Origin: an uncultured Candidatus Rokubacteria bacterium
GTDB taxonomy: Bacteria > Methylomirabilota > Methylomirabilia > Rokubacteriales > CSP1-6
Direction of reading: 5' to 3'
NCBI GenBank assembly: GCA_963754315.1
Contig: CAVWFS010000014.1
Coordinates: 96,001 to 160,000 of the forward strand
Length of the DNA stretch: 64,000 nucleotides
Shown here: positions 60,757-64,000 of the stretch, piece after piece
Layout of the letters: every line of letters begins with the position of its first letter
Numbering within the stretch: the stretch's first letter is position 1
Notes under the pieces: model-generated
Told to the model about the DNA's origin: nothing
What the model saw: only the letters and a program-made list of their open reading frames with translations
Database searches by the model: none
Position numbers and translations under genes: made by a program

Positions 60757-61119
60757 TCAGCCCGCGAGGGGTTGGGCGAACGAGAGCTCATGGCCATCGG
60801 GGTCCCTCAAGTGGAAGTAGCGCTCACGCCAGGGCGCGTCGCGGGGCGGTGCCTCCGGGTGGAGACCCTGCGCCACCACGTGGGTGTACATGGCGTCGAC
60901 GTCGTCGACGTAGAGAATCAGACGGCCCCAGCCTCCCCAGTGCGGTGCGACAGAGGTCGCGGTGAGGTTGAGATGGTTCTCGCCGACGCGAAACGACGTG
61001 AAGGGAGCGTCCGCCCCTCCGTAGTCGAGCGGGAAGCCGAGCGTCTCGTAGAAGCGTACCGCCCTGGCCATGTTGTGGGTCACCAGCGTCACCGCGTTGA
61101 TGGAAAGGATTCGTGGCAT
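60757..61119 (-). CDS. VOC family protein
   Basis: FYETLGF, ERYFHLRDPDGHELSF. Confidence 0.88.
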   Translation of the reverse strand: MPRILSINAVTLVTHNMARAVRFYETLGFPLDYGGADAPFTSFRVGENHLNLTATSVAPHWGGWGRLILYVDDVDAMYTHVVAQGLHPEAPPRDAPWRERYFHLRDPDGHELSFAQPLAG

Positions 61120-61253
61120 GGGCCGATGGTCTCACAACGGCCTTGGCGCCCTTTCGCGGAACCCCGAAATGCGCGAGGGGACGGTTGTCCGCGTGGCGGC
61201 ATCTGATCTAGACTCGCGTCAGCTCATATAGCCCATGGTGGGAGGAAGTGCCC

Positions 61254-62348
61254 ATGAAGGCCACGGCGGCCGTTCTGTACGAGGTGAACAAGCCCCTGGT
61301 GGTGGAGGACGTCGAGGTACTGGAGCCTGGCCCACACGAGGTGCGGGTTCGCTGGACCGCCAATGGCGTCTGTCATAGCGATCTTCATGTGATGACCGGC
61401 GACTATCCCCACCCGCTGCCCGTGGTGCTGGGGCACGAGGCAGCCGGAGTCGTCGAGAAGGTCGGGCCCGGGGTGGAAACCGTCTCGCCGGGCGACCACG
61501 TATGTTCGAGTTACATTCCGTCGTGCGGCAAGTGCGCGTACTGCATCGGCGGTCAACCGACCATGTGCGCGCTCCGTGACAAGCCCCGCTGGTTCATGCT
61601 GGACGGCACTCCCCGCTTCCGCAAGAACGGCCAGGGCTTGCACCACTTCCTGCAGGTTTCCGGCTACGCCACTCACTCGGTCCTCCTCGAGGAAAGCGTC
61701 ATCCCCATCCGGAAGGACGCGCCGCTTGACGTGGTCTGCCTGGTGAGCTGCGGCGTCCTGGCCGGGGCCGGTCCCGTGTTCAATCGCGCGAAGGTGACAC
61801 CCGGCTCGAGCGTCGCCGTGTTCGGCTGCGGGGGGGTGGGACTCAATACCATTCAGGCCGCTCGGCTCGTCGGGGCCGGAAAGATCATCGCGGTGGACGT
61901 CGTGAAGCAGAAACTCCAGTGGGCGGAGGAATTCGGCGCCACCCATGTGGTCGATGCCGCGAAGGAGGACCCCGTCGCCAGGGTGCAAGCGATCAGTGGC
62001 ACCGGCGGCGTCGACTACGCTTTCGAGGTCGTGGGGTTGCAGAAGACCGTCGAGCAGGCGTTGCTCTCCACGCACCGCGGTGGCACCGCCGTCATGGTGG
62101 GGGTTTGCCCGGCCGGCACGCGGCTCTCCATTGATCCCTCTCTTCTTTTGCAACAGCGGATCCTCACCGGCTCGTCCTTCGGCGGCGGCCATCAGCGCAC
62201 CGACGTGCCCATGCTGATCGATCTCTTCATGGCCGGCAAGTACAAGATCCAGGAACTCATCAGCCGCCGGTTGCCGCTCACGGACCTGAATCACGCCTTC
62301 GACCTGATGCTGCAGGGCGAGGTCAAGCGCAGCGTGATCGTTTATTAG
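61254..62348 (+). CDS. Zn-dependent alcohol dehydrogenase (class III-like)
   Basis: CHSD, GHE, CGKCAYC..C, GCGGVG. Confidence 0.93.
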   Translation: MKATAAVLYEVNKPLVVEDVEVLEPGPHEVRVRWTANGVCHSDLHVMTGDYPHPLPVVLGHEAAGVVEKVGPGVETVSPGDHVCSSYIPSCGKCAYCIGGQPTMCALRDKPRWFMLDGTPRFRKNGQGLHHFLQVSGYATHSVLLEESVIPIRKDAPLDVVCLVSCGVLAGAGPVFNRAKVTPGSSVAVFGCGGVGLNTIQAARLVGAGKIIAVDVVKQKLQWAEEFGATHVVDAAKEDPVARVQAISGTGGVDYAFEVVGLQKTVEQALLSTHRGGTAVMVGVCPAGTRLSIDPSLLLQQRILTGSSFGGGHQRTDVPMLIDLFMAGKYKIQELISRRLPLTDLNHAFDLMLQGEVKRSVIVY

Positions 62349-62490
62349 GGGGGCCTCGAAAGGGCCCCCCTGGCCCCCCAGCGCTCAGGCCGCCCCGGGG
62401 AACCCGGGGCGGCCCTCGATCTCACGCTAGCTTTCGGGGGCCTCGAAAGGGCCCCCTGGGCCTCCAAAACGCGGACCCGCCCCGGCAACC
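62348..62490. repeat. REP-like element copy 3, with a degenerate second copy
   Basis: GGGGGCCTCGAAAGGGCCCCC twice, plus GCCCCGGG..CCCGGGGC hairpin. Confidence 0.85.
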
Positions 62491-62516
62491 TGCGTAGTCC
62501 GCGATTTCTCACGCGA

Positions 62517-63155
62517 TCAGGCGGGACCGGTGTCGCTCACGCGGTCGGCGAGGTCGCCGTCTAGGTGCGCGCTGCAGTTGAGCAGGCGCACGCGCCATGC
62601 CGTCGGGCCATCGGCGATCGTGAGTCCCGTGTTCGTCCAGCGCTCCGGTGCCTCCTGCCCTTCCGGGAGAATCAGGTGTCGGGCGGCCAGCGAGCGACAG
62701 ACGAGCCCGTGGGTGACCACGGCCAGGTGTCCCTCGGTTTCGGCCGCCACCCGGCGCATGAGCGCCCAGGCTCGATCGACCCGCGCGTGGAAGACCTCCC
62801 AGCTCTCTCCCTCCGGCGGCTGGTAGTCCGGTGCGAAGATGTCCACCGTCAGCCGATCGTAGGGCGTGCCGCGGATGGCGCCGAAGCTCCGCTCCTGGAG
62901 CAGCGGATCGAGCTGGAGGGGAACCCCGGTCGCCAGCCTGAGATACTCGGCGGTCATGGTGGCCCGCGCGAGATCGCTCGAGAGGATGCGGGCGATGCCC
63001 GATCGCGCCAGACGCCGCGCCAGACGCTCGGCCTGGCTCATGCCTCGCTGGGAGAGGGGCGTCTCAGGGGTCTGGACGATGCGCTCCGCATTGCCAGGCG
63101 TCTCGCCGTGGCGGATCAGGAGGATCGACTTCGATTCTCGGCTTGCCGTCGTCAT
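62517..63155 (-). CDS. Histidine phosphatase family protein
   Basis: RHGET, SSDLARA, VTHG. Confidence 0.9.
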   Translation of the reverse strand: MTTASRESKSILLIRHGETPGNAERIVQTPETPLSQRGMSQAERLARRLARSGIARILSSDLARATMTAEYLRLATGVPLQLDPLLQERSFGAIRGTPYDRLTVDIFAPDYQPPEGESWEVFHARVDRAWALMRRVAAETEGHLAVVTHGLVCRSLAARHLILPEGQEAPERWTNTGLTIADGPTAWRVRLLNCSAHLDGDLADRVSDTGPA

Positions 63156-63309
63156 GGTGCCGCTGGCGCCAAGGCTCCGTAGACCGGCGACGGTCCGGAG
63201 CGCGCGTCGAGAGAGCAACCGAATCCCAAACGGAAGAGACGCATCCCTGAATCATACGGCAGCCGGGGCGCGTGGCGCTGGATTCGCTCCCTTCGAACCT
63301 GTTGGCCGT

Positions 63310-64000
63310 TTACTGCCGGCCAGGGGTGCTGCGATCGCGAGCACGATCCGACCGCAAGCCCGCCGCTTCGCCTGACGCGACATCTTGCACGCGCGCGGCG
63401 GCCGCCGTGCGCGTTTCGACGCCGAGCTTACGGTAGACATGTTCGAGGTGCTTCTCCACGGTTCGCCGGCTGACCTGAAGGATGGTGGCCGTTTCCAAGT
63501 TGGTCTTGCCCTGCGCGACCCAGGTCATCACTTCCGCCTCGCGGCCAGAAAGACCGAGGTCTGCGGGCGACATCCTGGCCAGCCGGCGGGGCTGCCTCTG
63601 CAGCACCAGGAGGCGGCAAGAGTTATGTGCGAGGAGGCGCACGACCAGACATGAGGCTTCGCCCTCGACTGCGAGCGGGGCCATCGGCGGAGGCAGGTCG
63701 TCCCGGGATGATGACGCGTGATGCGTGATCCAGCGCGCGATGGTGTCAGGCAAGCTTCTGCCGGTAACGCGGGCACCAAAGAACTCGCTGAGCCACCGGC
63801 GCGCGAGCGGTGTCGTCAGGCGCGGCCGGTCATCCTGGTCGAGCAGGACCAGGCCCGCGTCGACGTGCTCTAGACCCTGCTCGACCATGGCCACTTCGTC
63901 CCGCAGGGATGACACGACTACTGCGTTCTGATAGCTCTGATTGAGGTGCGGCCGCAGCAGGTTCAGGACCAGCCGATCGCGCTCGCTGAAATCTCGCCGC
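63310..64000 (-). CDS. LuxR-type HTH transcriptional regulator; 5'-partial
   Basis: LSGREAEV..GKTN..RTVEKHL..KLGV; frame stays open to the window edge (DFSERDR..LLRPHL). Confidence 0.88.
   Translation of the reverse strand, partial: RRDFSERDRLVLNLLRPHLNQSYQNAVVVSSLRDEVAMVEQGLEHVDAGLVLLDQDDRPRLTTPLARRWLSEFFGARVTGRSLPDTIARWITHHASSSRDDLPPPMAPLAVEGEASCLVVRLLAHNSCRLLVLQRQPRRLARMSPADLGLSGREAEVMTWVAQGKTNLETATILQVSRRTVEKHLEHVYRKLGVETRTAAAARVQDVASGEAAGLRSDRARDRSTPGRQ

Overview
High-GC bacterial chromosomal window, densely coding, with about 60 genes. The gene content and GC-rich palindromic repeats resemble Candidatus Rokubacteria/Methylomirabilota; this is an inference only. It is dominated by heterotrophic uptake and catabolism: a peptide-type ABC transporter, an Fbp/Pot-type ABC permease plus ATPase, a Liv-type ABC system, LLM monooxygenases, SDRs, amidohydrolases, an HpaB-family hydroxylase, and a three-subunit xanthine-dehydrogenase-family enzyme next to molybdate genes. 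No rRNA, tRNA, CRISPR array, transposase or prophage was seen. Highlights: (1) a selenoprotein missed by the ORF track at 52656-53402 (-), a glutaredoxin-like UxxC domain fused to a DinB domain, with an in-frame TGA and a SECIS-like hairpin; (2) a 516-aa unknown protein with a 4-His plus HxxK pattern like questin-oxidase/BTG13 dioxygenases, in an operon with an atypical class II aldolase-fold protein and an FAD oxidase; (3) a small basic protein with a textbook eukaryote-type C2H2 zinc finger; (4) a family of TTAG-preceded REP-like palindromes; (5) three frameshifted genes, each repairable by the same CTTG->CTG change.
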